Positions 27,393-37,171 of a stretch of 64,000 nt of DNA are shown here, in pieces. Positions within the stretch are counted from its first letter, which is position 1; the number at the start of each line of letters is the position of its first letter. The position numbers and the translations under genes were made by a program. The notes beneath the pieces are model-generated. The model had not been told where the DNA came from. It was given only the letters and a program-made list of their open reading frames with translations, and made no database searches. Origin of the DNA: Alphaproteobacteria bacterium. Its GTDB lineage: Bacteria; Pseudomonadota; Alphaproteobacteria; RF32; CAG-239. The stretch spans positions 11,482-75,481 of the forward strand of contig JAEEMQ010000030.1 of assembly GCA_016283295.1 (NCBI GenBank). The letters run 5' to 3'.

Positions 27393-28103
27393 TTATTCCT
27401 CCAAAACTTTTTTCTGCGCGCGGATAATTTGGTGAATTCCCGATTTTGCCAAACGCAGCAATTCGTTAAATTCCGCCTCGCTGAAAGTTGCACCCTCGGC
27501 AGTGGCCTGAATTTCAATAATCCGGCCGCTTTCGGTCAGCACAAAATTGGTATCGGCATCGGCATGCGAATCTTCGGCATATTCCAAATCGAGAATCGGC
27601 TCGCCCTCGTATATTCCACAAGAAACGGCCGCGGCATATTCGCGAATCGGGTTGCGCGGCAACTCACCGTCCTTTACCAGCTTTTGCATCGCTTTATATA
27701 AAGCCACAAATGCGCCGGAAATTGACGCAGTTCGTGTTCCGCCGTCCGCTTGCAACACATCGCAATCTATTTGCACACAAATTTCCGGCATTGCCGTCAG
27801 GTCGGTAACCGCCCTGAGTGAACGGCCGATGAGGCGTTGAATTTCGTGAGTGCGACCGCCCACCCCTTTGGTTTCGCGAGAAACTCTTGTTTGCGTTGCC
27901 CGCGGCAACAAAGAATATTCGGCGGTAATCCAGCCGCGATTTTGTCCTTTGAGCCAGGCCGGCACGTTGCGGTCAATGCTGGCGGTGCACATAACATGGG
28001 TGTTCCCCGCCTTGATTAAGCAAGAACCTTCGGCGTACGCGTTAACGTCGGTAATGATTTCCAACGGACGCATCTGTTCGGCCGTACGATTATTCGGACG
28101 CAT
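27393..28103 (-). CDS. rph: Ribonuclease PH
   Basis: MRPNNRTAEQMRP…EGSCLIKAGNTHVMCTAS…GWITAEYSLLPRAT…GRTHEIQRLIGRSLR…DCDVLQADGGTRTASI. ORF 28154 trimmed to ATG 28103 (typical RNase PH N-terminus). Confidence 0.92.
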   Translation of the reverse strand: MRPNNRTAEQMRPLEIITDVNAYAEGSCLIKAGNTHVMCTASIDRNVPAWLKGQNRGWITAEYSLLPRATQTRVSRETKGVGGRTHEIQRLIGRSLRAVTDLTAMPEICVQIDCDVLQADGGTRTASISGAFVALYKAMQKLVKDGELPRNPIREYAAAVSCGIYEGEPILDLEYAEDSHADADTNFVLTESGRIIEIQATAEGATFSEAEFNELLRLAKSGIHQIIRAQKKVLEE

Positions 28104-28662
28104 TCTCTTTCCTTTGTTGTTTGGTTTGTTTATAAAATCTGTTGATGGCCGCAATCACGTGACGCACGGTATTTTCCACCCGTTCATCGCGCGTTTCGAC
28201 TACAATATCGGCTTCGGAATAATACGGATATTCCTCGGTTATATATTCCTGAAGTTTGTTTTTAACCGTTTCGTTATCGCCGAGCAAAAACGGACGACGC
28301 GTACGGCCGGCGGTGCGATGATACAGCGTATTTATATCGGCCTTAAGCCAGATGGTCAGAGCGTATTCCTTAGCCAATTCGCGGGTTGTTTCCGCCACAA
28401 ACGAACCGCCGCCGGAAGCCAACACGCACGGCGCGCCTTTGAGCAAACGCTTCATCACCCGTTCTTCGCCGGCGCGATATTCTTTTTCGCCGAAGCATTT
28501 CAGCACGTCAACCAACGAAAGTCCGGCAGCTTTTTCGATTTCCTGGTCGCCGTCGACAAACGGCAAAGACAATCGGCGCGCCAATCGCTTGCCCACGCTC
28601 GTTTTTCCGCTTCCCATCAACCCGACCAATAATATTATTTTATTAATTTTAGGCATTTTCAT
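28090..28662 (-). CDS. aroK: Shikimate kinase
   Basis: 190 aa. Walker A LVGLMGSGKTSVGKRLA, then DGDQEIEK… and …ASGGGSF. Its 3' end overlaps the rph start by 14 nt. Confidence 0.9.
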   Translation of the reverse strand: MKMPKINKIILLVGLMGSGKTSVGKRLARRLSLPFVDGDQEIEKAAGLSLVDVLKCFGEKEYRAGEERVMKRLLKGAPCVLASGGGSFVAETTRELAKEYALTIWLKADINTLYHRTAGRTRRPFLLGDNETVKNKLQEYITEEYPYYSEADIVVETRDERVENTVRHVIAAINRFYKQTKQQRKENASE

Positions 28663-28733
28663 TTCTTTGTATTCTTAACTATTGACCTCAGCATATAACC
28701 TTGTTAATATATAATCAATATCTTTTAACACTT

Positions 28734-28904
28734 ATGGGAAAAAATAAAATGAGAAGCTCTTATTCCAAACAAAATAACTCAAAAATCATTGTTTATGCCG
28801 TGTTGTTCGCGCTTGTTATCGGTATCGGCGTTGTGGCCATGCAGGATATTCAGGCACCGACGGAACATGTTTCGCAAGATGTTGAATTGAAACTCGAAAA
28901 ATAA
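28734..28904 (+). CDS. Small membrane protein, hypothetical
   Basis: One TM helix (IIVYAVLFALVIGIGVVAM). The stop lies 2 nt before the xerD ATG. Start is ambiguous (28701, 28734 or 28749). Confidence 0.35.
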   Translation: MGKNKMRSSYSKQNNSKIIVYAVLFALVIGIGVVAMQDIQAPTEHVSQDVELKLEK

Positions 28905-28906
28905 AG

Positions 28907-29824
28907 ATGCTCGGCCGCGAAGTTGATAATTTTTTGCAAATGATGGCGGCGGAAAAGGGTTCTGCCCAAAATTCCATCAGCGCCTACGAAAGCGATTTGC
29001 AACAGTTCATTATATTCGGTAACTTTACCGAAGCCGTCGATATCAGCAAACAGGCGGTAGAATCATTTTTGCAAGACTTACATTCGCGGCATTTCGCGCC
29101 CAAAACAATCGCCCGCAAACTCTCGGTAATTAAAGAATTTTGCAAGTTTTTGTATTCGGAAAAAGTTATTAACGACAATCCGGCGCAAAATATTTTAACG
29201 CCTAAACAGGAAAAACCGTTGCCGAAATTTTTGAGCGCCGAAGAAATAAACAATTTAATCGAAACAGCGGCAGCCAGTGAAGATTACCGAATCCAGCGAA
29301 TCGCCGTAATGATTGAGTTGATGTATGCAACCGGAATGCGGGTTTCCGAGTTGGTGGCGCTACCGGTAACGGCCGTAAATTTTGATAAGAATCAGGTGAC
29401 GATTTTCGGTAAAGGCAGTAAGGAGCGCATCGTGCCGATGGCCGAACGCGCCGGCAAAACTCTGCAGAAATATGCCGAGTTGCGGCAGGAATTTATAAAA
29501 AAGAATGCTCATTCCAATTATCTGTTCCCTTCGCTGACGGCGGTTGACGGGCATTTAACCCGCGATGCCTTTTTTAAGGATTTGAAAAAACTGGCGGCGG
29601 AATGCGGCATTTATCCGTCGCGCATTTCACCGCACGTTCTGCGCCACTCGTTTGCCACGCATTTATTAAATAACGATGCCGATTTGCGCTCGGTGCAAAA
29701 AATGCTCGGCCACGAAAATATTACCACAACGGAGATATATACTCACATAACATCGCAAAAACTTCTCGACACCGTGTGTCAAAAACATCCGTTGGCAAAA
29801 TACGCAAACAAAGATGAGGGGTAA
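28907..29824 (+). CDS. xerD: Site-specific tyrosine recombinase XerD
   Basis: 305 aa. The N-terminal SAM-like domain (…AEKGSAQNSISAYESDLQQF) and the catalytic R…HxxR…Y set (ATGMRVSEL, HVLRHSFATHLL, GHENITTTEIYTH) are present. Housekeeping context, divergent from aroK. Confidence 0.85.
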   Translation: MLGREVDNFLQMMAAEKGSAQNSISAYESDLQQFIIFGNFTEAVDISKQAVESFLQDLHSRHFAPKTIARKLSVIKEFCKFLYSEKVINDNPAQNILTPKQEKPLPKFLSAEEINNLIETAAASEDYRIQRIAVMIELMYATGMRVSELVALPVTAVNFDKNQVTIFGKGSKERIVPMAERAGKTLQKYAELRQEFIKKNAHSNYLFPSLTAVDGHLTRDAFFKDLKKLAAECGIYPSRISPHVLRHSFATHLLNNDADLRSVQKMLGHENITTTEIYTHITSQKLLDTVCQKHPLAKYANKDEG

Positions 29825-29825
29825 A

Positions 29826-30353
29826 ATGGCACGCGGCTTAAAAATCAATAAAGAACACACGCTGAACGGGCTGACCGGTATTGCCCAGACCGCCTTGCCG
29901 TTGGCGCAACAGCTTTTGGGACAACACGGGTTTACGCATATCGAGTTACTCTCGTCGTGGGAAACGATTGTCGGGAAAAATCTGGCCCAATACAGCCTGC
30001 CGCAAAAACTGGTTTTTCCGAAAAACGAACGCAGCAACGGCTGTTTGACGATTATGGTGCCGACCGGCGCCTTTGCCATGGAAATCAAGCAAAACGAAGC
30101 CAAAATCATAACGCAAATCAATACTTTTTTCGGCTATCCGGCGGTAACCAAAATCAAAATTTTGCAAAACGGCAACAGCGAAGACTTTTTAATCAAGAAA
30201 AAACCGATTAATAAAGTTAAAAAAACTGTTGTATCTGCCGAGGAAGAATCTTATATTACGGAGTTAGTTAAAGATATCGAGCGTGACGATCTTCGAGAAG
30301 CCGTCGAAAGATTGGGACGTGCCGTATATGCAGATAATAACCGTCAGGAGTGA
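29826..30353 (+). CDS. DUF721-family protein
   Basis: About 175 aa, …LLSSWETIVGKNLAQYSLPQKL…LTIMVPTGAFAMEIKQNEAKII…, typical DUF721 pattern. ATG 29826 follows a GAGGGG SD. Confidence 0.7.
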   Translation: MARGLKINKEHTLNGLTGIAQTALPLAQQLLGQHGFTHIELLSSWETIVGKNLAQYSLPQKLVFPKNERSNGCLTIMVPTGAFAMEIKQNEAKIITQINTFFGYPAVTKIKILQNGNSEDFLIKKKPINKVKKTVVSAEEESYITELVKDIERDDLREAVERLGRAVYADNNRQE

Positions 30354-30358
30354 TATTA

Positions 30359-31087
30359 GTGGATGAAATAATAAAGAAAATAAGCAACGCGCTCTCGTTG
30401 ATTGTAATGTTTTGTTTTTCGGCCGTAATTTATTTTAATTATAAAGGCTTTGTTTATGAAAACGGCAAAATCTATTTGCGCGAACAAACGGCGGTTGCGG
30501 CCGAATATAACGGAATTGCCACCGTTTTGCCGGCAGATATAGCGATTAACGCTTCGCAAAAATATGCCGTCGGTTCCGCCAAGGCGCCGTTAACTTTGTT
30601 TGAATATTCGTCGCTTACCTGTCCGCATTGTGCCGACTTTCATCTCGATACCATGCCGTTGATTGAGCACGAATATGTTGCAACGGGGTTGTTGCGCGTG
30701 GTTTTTGTTAATTACCCGCTGGATAAAAATGCCATGAAAGCCGCGCTGTTGTCGGAATGTATGACTTATGATAATTATGCGCCTTTCATCAATAAATTGT
30801 TTTATGAGCAGCGTTCGTGGTGGATGGATAAAGGCTCAGAGCGTCTTCTTCGCTATGCGGCGGAGTTCGGCGTGGACTACGACGAAGCGATTTCCTGCCT
30901 GAAAGACAAGAAAAAAGCAACCGATATCGCCACCACCAGATACGAAGCATTCAAACAGCTTGATATCAAAGGTACACCGGCCTTTTTGGTGGTCGGTCCG
31001 GACGGCAATGAAATTGTTTACGGCGTTGTAACTTATTCTTCGTTCAAAGAATATTTGGACAGCCGTTTGGCACGGTTGCAACATTAA
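30359..31087 (+). CDS. DsbA-family thiol:disulfide oxidoreductase, membrane-anchored
   Basis: N-terminal TM helix, CPHC active site (SLTCPHCADF) and a thioredoxin fold. Start is GTG 30359 (8 nt after AGGAG) or GTG 30350. Confidence 0.8.
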   Translation: MDEIIKKISNALSLIVMFCFSAVIYFNYKGFVYENGKIYLREQTAVAAEYNGIATVLPADIAINASQKYAVGSAKAPLTLFEYSSLTCPHCADFHLDTMPLIEHEYVATGLLRVVFVNYPLDKNAMKAALLSECMTYDNYAPFINKLFYEQRSWWMDKGSERLLRYAAEFGVDYDEAISCLKDKKKATDIATTRYEAFKQLDIKGTPAFLVVGPDGNEIVYGVVTYSSFKEYLDSRLARLQH

Positions 31088-31098
31088 GGATCGGAAAA

Positions 31099-31404
31099 AT
31101 GAATAAGCTGCCGTCGGACATTCGCGATATGGATTTGAGAATCCGTAAAATGCAGAATAAAAGGGCGGCGACGCAACATAAAAGTCGGTCGCGGCTACGT
31201 ATTTTTATGGAATATGCCTTTCGGATGGCAGCCGAGTTTGCCGCACCGGTAATCATCGGTTTGTGCATCGGTTATGTTTTGGACAGACTGTTGCACACCA
31301 AGCCGATAATTATGTTGGTTTTGGCGATTTTCGGGGTTGCCGCCGGAACGTTGAATTTGTATCGGGCCGCGCAACAGATTGATAAAGATATGGATAAGGA
31401 GTAA
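31099..31404 (+). CDS. atpI: ATP synthase protein I (AtpI/AtpR-like)
   Basis: 101 aa with two TM helices, directly upstream of atpB. Confidence 0.7.
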   Translation: MNKLPSDIRDMDLRIRKMQNKRAATQHKSRSRLRIFMEYAFRMAAEFAAPVIIGLCIGYVLDRLLHTKPIIMLVLAIFGVAAGTLNLYRAAQQIDKDMDKE

Positions 31405-31409
31405 TCGGG

Positions 31410-32135
31410 ATGGAAAATCCTTTGGAACAATTTGAAATTAAAAAGATATTGCCGCTGGACATCAACGGGATTGATATATCTTTTACCAATTCGTCCTTAT
31501 GTATGGTTATCACGGTTGTTGTGGTTTTTCTCGGTTTGTGCTTAAGTTTAAGAAAGTGCGGCATTATCCCGACCATGGGGCAGGCTTTTGCGGAATCGAT
31601 TTATGAATTTGTGCAGGACATAATCGGCGAAACTTTGGGTAAAGAGGGCTTCAAATTCGTGGCCTTTGTGTTTACGCTGTTCGTATTTGTGTCTTTCGGT
31701 AACTTGCTCGGCCTGTTTCCGTACAGCTTTACCTTTACGTCGCATATTGCCGCCGTGGGCACGCTCTCGCTGTTCTGCTTTATATTGAACATCATTTTGG
31801 GGATTAAGCACCGCGGTCTTTCTTATTTTCATACTTTCTGCCCGGAGGGGTTGCCGATATTTATGGCGCCGCTGATTATACCGGTAGAAACGCTGTCTTT
31901 GCTGGCAAAACCGTTCAGCCTGACCTTGCGTTTGGCCATCAATATGTCGGTCGGACACATTATGTTAAAAGTTTTGGGTACATTTATTATTGCAATGCAA
32001 TTTTTCGGTTTTATCCCGTTAGTTGCGGATATGTGTATCATTATGTTTGAAATGTTTATCGCTTTATTGCAAGCTTACATCTATACGATTTTAAGTTGCG
32101 TATACCTAAGTCAGGCGATAAGTAACGAAGAATAA
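31410..32135 (+). CDS. atpB: F0F1 ATP synthase subunit a
   Basis: 241 aa, polytopic, with the conserved …LTLRLAINMSVGHIML… Arg motif. AAGGAG SD. Confidence 0.95.
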   Translation: MENPLEQFEIKKILPLDINGIDISFTNSSLCMVITVVVVFLGLCLSLRKCGIIPTMGQAFAESIYEFVQDIIGETLGKEGFKFVAFVFTLFVFVSFGNLLGLFPYSFTFTSHIAAVGTLSLFCFILNIILGIKHRGLSYFHTFCPEGLPIFMAPLIIPVETLSLLAKPFSLTLRLAINMSVGHIMLKVLGTFIIAMQFFGFIPLVADMCIIMFEMFIALLQAYIYTILSCVYLSQAISNEE

Positions 32136-32166
32136 AATTAACTTAAATCTACGAAAGGATAAAAAA

Positions 32167-32403
32167 ATGGAAAACGAAATCTTACAAGACAAATCTTTAG
32201 CTTTTATTGCTGCCGGTATCTGCGCTCTTGGCATGAGCGTTGCCGCTTGGGGTTTGACCAAGTTGTGGACCTCTTTGATTGAAACGGTCGGCCGCAATCC
32301 GCAAGTTAAGAAAGATGTTACGGTATTCGGTTTCCTTGGTATGGGTACCATCGAATCCATCGCTTTGTATATTCTGGTTATCGCATTGTTGATGATTCTG
32401 TAA
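32167..32403 (+). CDS. atpE: F0F1 ATP synthase subunit c
   Basis: 78 aa hairpin protein with …GRNPQ… loop and the conserved carboxylate (…GTIESIALY…). Confidence 0.95.
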   Translation: MENEILQDKSLAFIAAGICALGMSVAAWGLTKLWTSLIETVGRNPQVKKDVTVFGFLGMGTIESIALYILVIALLMIL

Positions 32404-32424
32404 TAACAAATCGGGGAACAGGTT

Positions 32425-32913
32425 ATGCCGCAATTAGATACGTCGTCATACTTTTCTCAACTGTTTTGGATGCTCGTTTGCTTTTGTTGCTTATGGGCGT
32501 TGCTTTCGACGTTTGTGATTCCGAAAATCGCCGACGCCATGGAGCAGCGTAAGCGCAAAATCGACGAGTATATTCAAAAAGCCGATGCACTCAATCAGCA
32601 GGCCAAAGAATCGATTGATAAATATCATGCGATTTTAAATGAGGCCGAGCAAACATCGCAGGCCGAAATTCAAAAGGGCCGCGATGAATTGCAGAAATAT
32701 CTGAAAAACACCGAGGCCGATTTATCCAAAAAGCTGAATCGAAAAATTGCCGACAATGAATTTACGCTGGCCAAAGAAAAGAAAGACACCATGCAACAAA
32801 TCGAAACGATTGCCGTTGATTTGGCGTATGAAATCGTGCAAAAACTCGGCTTTAAGCAAATCAGCAGAAAAGATGTTTCTGCCTTGGCCGTAAAGGAAAA
32901 AGCGCATGAATGA
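32425..32913 (+). CDS. atpF2: F0F1 ATP synthase subunit b'
   Basis: 162 aa. One N-terminal TM helix plus a long charged helix. First of two b-type genes. Confidence 0.85.
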   Translation: MPQLDTSSYFSQLFWMLVCFCCLWALLSTFVIPKIADAMEQRKRKIDEYIQKADALNQQAKESIDKYHAILNEAEQTSQAEIQKGRDELQKYLKNTEADLSKKLNRKIADNEFTLAKEKKDTMQQIETIAVDLAYEIVQKLGFKQISRKDVSALAVKEKAHE

Positions 32914-33556
32914 AGAACTTATGATGGAAACGCAAGACGCCGCAACCGCCGCCACTTCTGCCGGTCAGGAGATAATCGATGCAACGCAGAATATGATTAT
33001 GGGTGCGGCGGAGAACGTGTCTGAGGTGATTGCCGCCGGCAAAACCGCGGCAACCGAAATTCACGAAGTGCCGTTCTATTCCGAGGTGGAATTCTGGATT
33101 GCCGTGGCTTTTGTGCTGTCCGTCTGCATTTTGCTTAAACCGCTGACAAGTGCCATTCTTTCGGGCCTGCATAAGCGAATCGATAAAGTGGTGCAAGATA
33201 TCGACGATGCCGCTAAGTTGCGGGATGATGCCCAAGTTCTGTTGGCTGACTATGAGCGCAAGTATGTTGACGCGCAAAAAGAAGCCTCGCAGATTATGCA
33301 GAAGGCCAAAAACACTCTGGAAAATCTGAAAAAGCGCGAGTTAAGCAACTTGAAAAACGATTTGAAAGATAAAGAAAAAGAAGCGGAACGCCGTATCAGA
33401 GCCTCAACGCAAAAGGCGCAGGATGAAATCAATCTTTCGGCCAGTAAGGCTTCGGTTGAATTGGCGCAAAAAACCATTAATCGTTATTTGCAAAAAACCG
33501 ACAAGAGTGCGCTTATTGATGAAGCCATCGCCGAATTGGATAAATTTGCGTCATAA
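32906..33556 (+). CDS. atpF: F0F1 ATP synthase subunit b
   Basis: 216 aa. TM helix (FWIAVAFVLSVCILL) plus a long charged helix. The ATG overlaps the b' stop by 8 nt. Confidence 0.85.
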   Translation: MNEELMMETQDAATAATSAGQEIIDATQNMIMGAAENVSEVIAAGKTAATEIHEVPFYSEVEFWIAVAFVLSVCILLKPLTSAILSGLHKRIDKVVQDIDDAAKLRDDAQVLLADYERKYVDAQKEASQIMQKAKNTLENLKKRELSNLKNDLKDKEKEAERRIRASTQKAQDEINLSASKASVELAQKTINRYLQKTDKSALIDEAIAELDKFAS

Positions 33557-33574
33557 TTGATAAACACAAAAAAT

Positions 33575-33607
33575 AAAACCCGCCGAAGCAATTCGACGGG
33601 TTTTTTC
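33575..33607. terminator. Hairpin terminator between atpF and fba (convergent)
   Basis: AACCCGCC (33577-33584) / GACGGGTT (33595-33602) with one mismatch, then a 6-nt T-run (33601-33606). Confidence 0.45.
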
Positions 33608-33620
33608 ATTATAACAACGA

Positions 33621-34670
33621 TTAAATTTCGCCGGCAGCGTAACGCTTAGCCATATCCGAAAGCTTAATCGGCTTAATTTTATCGCCGTAGCCGGCCGCAC
33701 CGAAGGCAATATAACGCTCTTCGCAAACCTTTTGCATTTCTTCGATTGCCGGTTTCAAATATTTACGCGGGTCAAATTCCGACGGTTTTTCGGCATAAAC
33801 CTTACGAATCGCACCGGTAATTGCCATGCGCGAATCGGTATCAACGTTTACTTTTCTCACGCCCGATTTAATGCCGCGAACGATTTCCTCCATCGGTACG
33901 CCGTAAGTCTGCGGAATTTGGCCGCCATACGCGTTAATCAGATCCTGTAATTCCTGCGGAACCGATGAAGAACCGTGCATCACCAGGTGGGTATTCGGCA
34001 ACTTGGCATGAATTTTTTCAATCACATCAATCGCCAGAATTTCACCGTCCGGCTTGCGCGTAAATTTGTAAGCACCGTGCGAAGTACCGACAGCCACCGC
34101 CAAAGCGTCAAGATGAGTAAGAGCCACAAATTCGGCCGCCTCATCCGGATCGGTTACCAAACGCTTGCGGTCGAGCTTACCTTCAGCACCGATACCGTCT
34201 TCTTTATCTGCTTTACCGGTTTCGAGCGAACCGATAACACCGAGCTCGCCTTCCACCGAAGCGCCGACGGCGTGTGCACGAGCAACAACTTCTTGAGTTA
34301 CGCGAACGTTATATTCAAAAGAAGCCGGTGTTTTACCGTCAGTTTCAAGTGAACCGTCCATCATAACAGACGAATAACCGTTAACGATTGCCGATTGGCA
34401 GATATCGACCGATGTGCCGTGATCTTGGTGAACGCATACCGGAATATTCGGAAACATTTCAATAGCTGCAGCCATCATATGACGAATCATCGGGTCGCCG
34501 GCATATTTGCGCGCACCGGTCGAAGTTTGCATAATCACCGGAGCGTTTACTTTTTGCGCCGCCTGCATTACGGCGATAATTTGCTCCATATTATTGATAT
34601 TAAATGCCGGAACACCGTAATTGTGCTCGGCCGCATCGTCAAGAATCTGACGCATAGAAACTAAAGCCAT
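33621..34670 (-). CDS. fba: Class II fructose-bisphosphate aldolase
   Basis: 349 aa: …[13 protein letters not shown]…, …VHQDHG…, …MMDGS…, …GTSHGAYKF…, …[17 protein letters not shown]. Confidence 0.93.
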   Translation of the reverse strand: MALVSMRQILDDAAEHNYGVPAFNINNMEQIIAVMQAAQKVNAPVIMQTSTGARKYAGDPMIRHMMAAAIEMFPNIPVCVHQDHGTSVDICQSAIVNGYSSVMMDGSLETDGKTPASFEYNVRVTQEVVARAHAVGASVEGELGVIGSLETGKADKEDGIGAEGKLDRKRLVTDPDEAAEFVALTHLDALAVAVGTSHGAYKFTRKPDGEILAIDVIEKIHAKLPNTHLVMHGSSSVPQELQDLINAYGGQIPQTYGVPMEEIVRGIKSGVRKVNVDTDSRMAITGAIRKVYAEKPSEFDPRKYLKPAIEEMQKVCEERYIAFGAAGYGDKIKPIKLSDMAKRYAAGEI

Positions 34671-34776
34671 TTTTATCTCCCATAAAAATTAAAATTTATC
34701 TGGCTTGAATATATGCCATTTGACTTTTTTTGCAAGCATTATTTAAGATTTAGTACATCAGCCCGAATTACGGCCA

Positions 34777-34803
34777 ATAAAAAAGCCCTCGGATGAGGGC
34801 CTT
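34777..34803 (-). terminator. Rho-independent terminator of greA
   Basis: GCCCTC (34785-34790) / GAGGGC (34795-34800) with a 4-nt loop. The U-run on the minus strand corresponds to the A-run at 34779-34784. It begins right after the greA stop. Confidence 0.6.
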
Positions 34804-34807
34804 TGTT

Positions 34808-35281
34808 TTACAACCATTTAACTTGCAAAATTTCGTACGAACGTTTGCCTGACGGTGCCAGATATTCGGCAATATCGCCGATTTCTTTGCCGATTAAGGC
34901 TTTAGCGAGCGGCGAAGACAGCGAAATTTTGTTCTTTTCGATATCGGCCTCATAATCGCCGACAATCTGATATTCGCGTTCTTCATCGGTATCGATATTG
35001 GCCAACAAAACCGTGGCGCCGAAACGGACGATATTACCGCTCATCTGTGTCGGATCAATCACTTGAGCGCGGCTGATAACCGCCTCCAGTTCCTGAATGC
35101 GTCCTTCGTTAAAACTCTGTTTTTCTTTGGCCGCGGAATATTCGGCATTCTCCGACAAATCGCCTTTAGCGCGTGCTTCGGCAATTTCTTCGATAATGCT
35201 CGGGCGATCTTCGCCTTTACGTCTTTTCAATTCCTGCTCCAACATGGCGTAGCCTGTCTTCGTCAACGGAAACTTTTCCAT
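34808..35281 (-). CDS. greA: Transcription elongation factor GreA
   Basis: MEKFPLTKTGYAMLEQELKRRK…AEARAKGDLSENAEY…, typical GreA. ORF 35305 trimmed to ATG 35281 (GGAGGA SD 4 nt upstream). Confidence 0.93.
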   Translation of the reverse strand: MEKFPLTKTGYAMLEQELKRRKGEDRPSIIEEIAEARAKGDLSENAEYSAAKEKQSFNEGRIQELEAVISRAQVIDPTQMSGNIVRFGATVLLANIDTDEEREYQIVGDYEADIEKNKISLSSPLAKALIGKEIGDIAEYLAPSGKRSYEILQVKWL

Positions 35282-35302
35282 TTCATCCTCCAAAAAATCA
35301 AA

Positions 35303-35340
35303 CAAAAAACACCTATACTTACGATATAGGTATATTTTTT
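35303..35340. terminator. Symmetric hairpin with flanking A- and T-runs: terminator of the upstream ABC operon and/or an attenuator in the greA leader
   Basis: ACCTATA (35311-35317) / TATAGGT (35325-35331) with a 7-nt loop. An A-run at 35303-35309 and a T-run at 35335-35340 flank it, so it reads as a terminator on either strand. Confidence 0.5.
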
Positions 35341-35394
35341 AAGGTTAAAAAAGCCGACTGCAGAATCACTTCGCAGCCGCAACATATTGAGCCT

Positions 35395-35422
35395 ATAATA
35401 TGCAATTTGTCGCAAAAATCAA
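35395..35422 (-). promoter_or_regulatory. Putative sigma70 promoter for greA
   Basis: On the minus strand: TTGATT (35422-35417), 16-nt spacer, TATTAT (35400-35395). Located just downstream of the ABC gene stop. Confidence 0.35.
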
Positions 35423-35434
35423 GTGTTTTTTATT

Positions 35435-37171
35435 TTATTTGTTCAAACTTTGAATACGATAAAATTCGTAATAGGCGCCCTCGCGCTTCAACAATTCGTC
35501 ATGACTGCCCTCTTCGACGATTTTACCGTTATCCATAACCGTCAACCTGTCCATCTCACGCAAAGTAGAAAGCCGGTGGGCAATAGCGATTACGGTCTTG
35601 CCTTTCATCAGTTTTTTGAGCGACTTTTGAATATATTGTTCGCTTTCGCTGTCGAGCGCCGAGGTTGCCTCGTCCAAAATCAGAATCGGCGCGTCTTTCA
35701 AAATGGCCCGGGCAATAGCGATGCGCTGCCTCTCGCCGCCGGAAAGCATAACCCCGCGTTCCCCGACTTTGCTCTCATAACCGTTCGGAAGCTGTCGGAT
35801 AAATTCATCGGCATAGGCGGCTTTGGCGGCAGCTATCACTTCCTCATCGGTGGCTTTAACGTTGCCGTAGCGGATATTCTCCATAATGGTACGATTAAAC
35901 AGCGTCGTATCTTGCGGAATTACGGCAATTTGCGCGCGCAGGCTGTTTTGCCGCACATCGGCAATATTTTCGCCGCCGATGGTAATTTTGCCGCCGTCAA
36001 CGTCATAATAGCGTACCAGCAGCTTAATCAAAGTAGATTTACCGCTACCAGAATGGCCGACCAGCCCGACTTTCTCGCCGGATTTAATCCGCAAATTGAA
36101 CTTATCGAACAGATTTCCTTTGCCCTCGTAATGATAAACAATATCCTTGAAGTTGATGGCACTACCGCGCATTTTGATATTGTGTGCGTTTTCTTTATCT
36201 TTTACCTGATACGGCTTAAACACGAGCGTCAGACCGTCCTTAACCTGTCCGTAAGCCTGCGCAAATTCGCCGGCAAAAAAGCCGATGCTGTTGACTTCCA
36301 TCATCAAACCGTGCATCAGCGAGGTGCACATTACCACATCCGCCAGTTCCAAGCGTCCCAGATACCAAAAATAAAACACGCAGACACATGACGACAAATA
36401 CATCAGATAAAACACAATCCGCCCCTGCAAATCAAACCATGCGTCTTTGGTACGCTCCTCCTGCTCGGAGCGTACGGCCGTGCGCAACACCCGATAAAAT
36501 TTGCTTTTTTCATAAAAATAATTGGCAAAGCTCTTTACCAAATCGGAGTTGGTTACCGTATCGATAAACACCCCGTCGGTTTCGGCCTTAAAACGCGCCC
36601 GTTTTTCGGCAAACGAACCGATACGGCGCCGAATAAAAATAATCGCCGCCATAAAAAGCAAATTAAACAGCGTAATACAAAAGCCCATCAGCAAGTCGGC
36701 GCGACAAATCAGGAACAAGCTGACCAGTATGCCGCTGATAGGACGGATCAGGCCGAACACCACCTGAAAATAAATTTCCTGAATGCCGGAAACAATATTT
36801 TTGGTTTTTGAGGCCACTTTGCCGGACATTTCCACATTAAAAAAACTGACAGACTGGTGATGAACCGCCGCAAAAATATCTCTGTATACCAAACTGGAAA
36901 AATACGGCATGAACTTACCGCCCATGTAGCGCCAGATATAAGTGGATATACCCTCAAATACCAAAAATGCCGCCAAAAGTACGATATAGAAAATTATTTT
37001 ATTCAATATTGCCTTATCTCCGGCATATTGCGGCAATAAACCGATTACCTGCGCCATAGAATAAACTTCGCCGCGGTCGGCTACGCTGCGAGCGATAATC
37101 GCAAACAAAATCACTCCGGCCATAACCTTGGTTTTGCGCAAATATTTCAGGATAAAGGCAAATACGTTCAT
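35435..37171 (-). CDS. ABC exporter, fused permease/ATPase (MsbA-like type)
   Basis: 578 aa. N-terminal six-TM domain, Walker A GHSGSGKST, signature LSGGERQRIAIARA, Walker B ILILDEATSALD. 4-nt overlap with the upstream gene. Confidence 0.9.
   Translation of the reverse strand: MNVFAFILKYLRKTKVMAGVILFAIIARSVADRGEVYSMAQVIGLLPQYAGDKAILNKIIFYIVLLAAFLVFEGISTYIWRYMGGKFMPYFSSLVYRDIFAAVHHQSVSFFNVEMSGKVASKTKNIVSGIQEIYFQVVFGLIRPISGILVSLFLICRADLLMGFCITLFNLLFMAAIIFIRRRIGSFAEKRARFKAETDGVFIDTVTNSDLVKSFANYFYEKSKFYRVLRTAVRSEQEERTKDAWFDLQGRIVFYLMYLSSCVCVFYFWYLGRLELADVVMCTSLMHGLMMEVNSIGFFAGEFAQAYGQVKDGLTLVFKPYQVKDKENAHNIKMRGSAINFKDIVYHYEGKGNLFDKFNLRIKSGEKVGLVGHSGSGKSTLIKLLVRYYDVDGGKITIGGENIADVRQNSLRAQIAVIPQDTTLFNRTIMENIRYGNVKATDEEVIAAAKAAYADEFIRQLPNGYESKVGERGVMLSGGERQRIAIARAILKDAPILILDEATSALDSESEQYIQKSLKKLMKGKTVIAIAHRLSTLREMDRLTVMDNGKIVEEGSHDELLKREGAYYEFYRIQSLNK

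Noticed and set aside
28104-28154. N-terminal extensions proposed by the longest-ORF track: rph 28154, sufB 789, sufC 2538, greA 35305, MFP 49124, OMF 44891, marC 59415, and the cluster genes 51160 and 52243.
   Set aside because: Internal ATGs with proper SD spacing give N-termini matching the family norms or proper signal/lipobox positions. The extensions would overlap upstream genes or lack an SD.
28907-29824. A tyrosine recombinase as a possible integrase marking a genomic island or ICE boundary.
   Set aside because: Its size (305 aa), XerD-type N-terminal and catalytic motifs, and housekeeping surroundings (aroK, DUF721, dsbA-like, atp operon) fit the chromosomal dimer-resolution recombinase. 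No att-like repeats or tRNA are adjacent.
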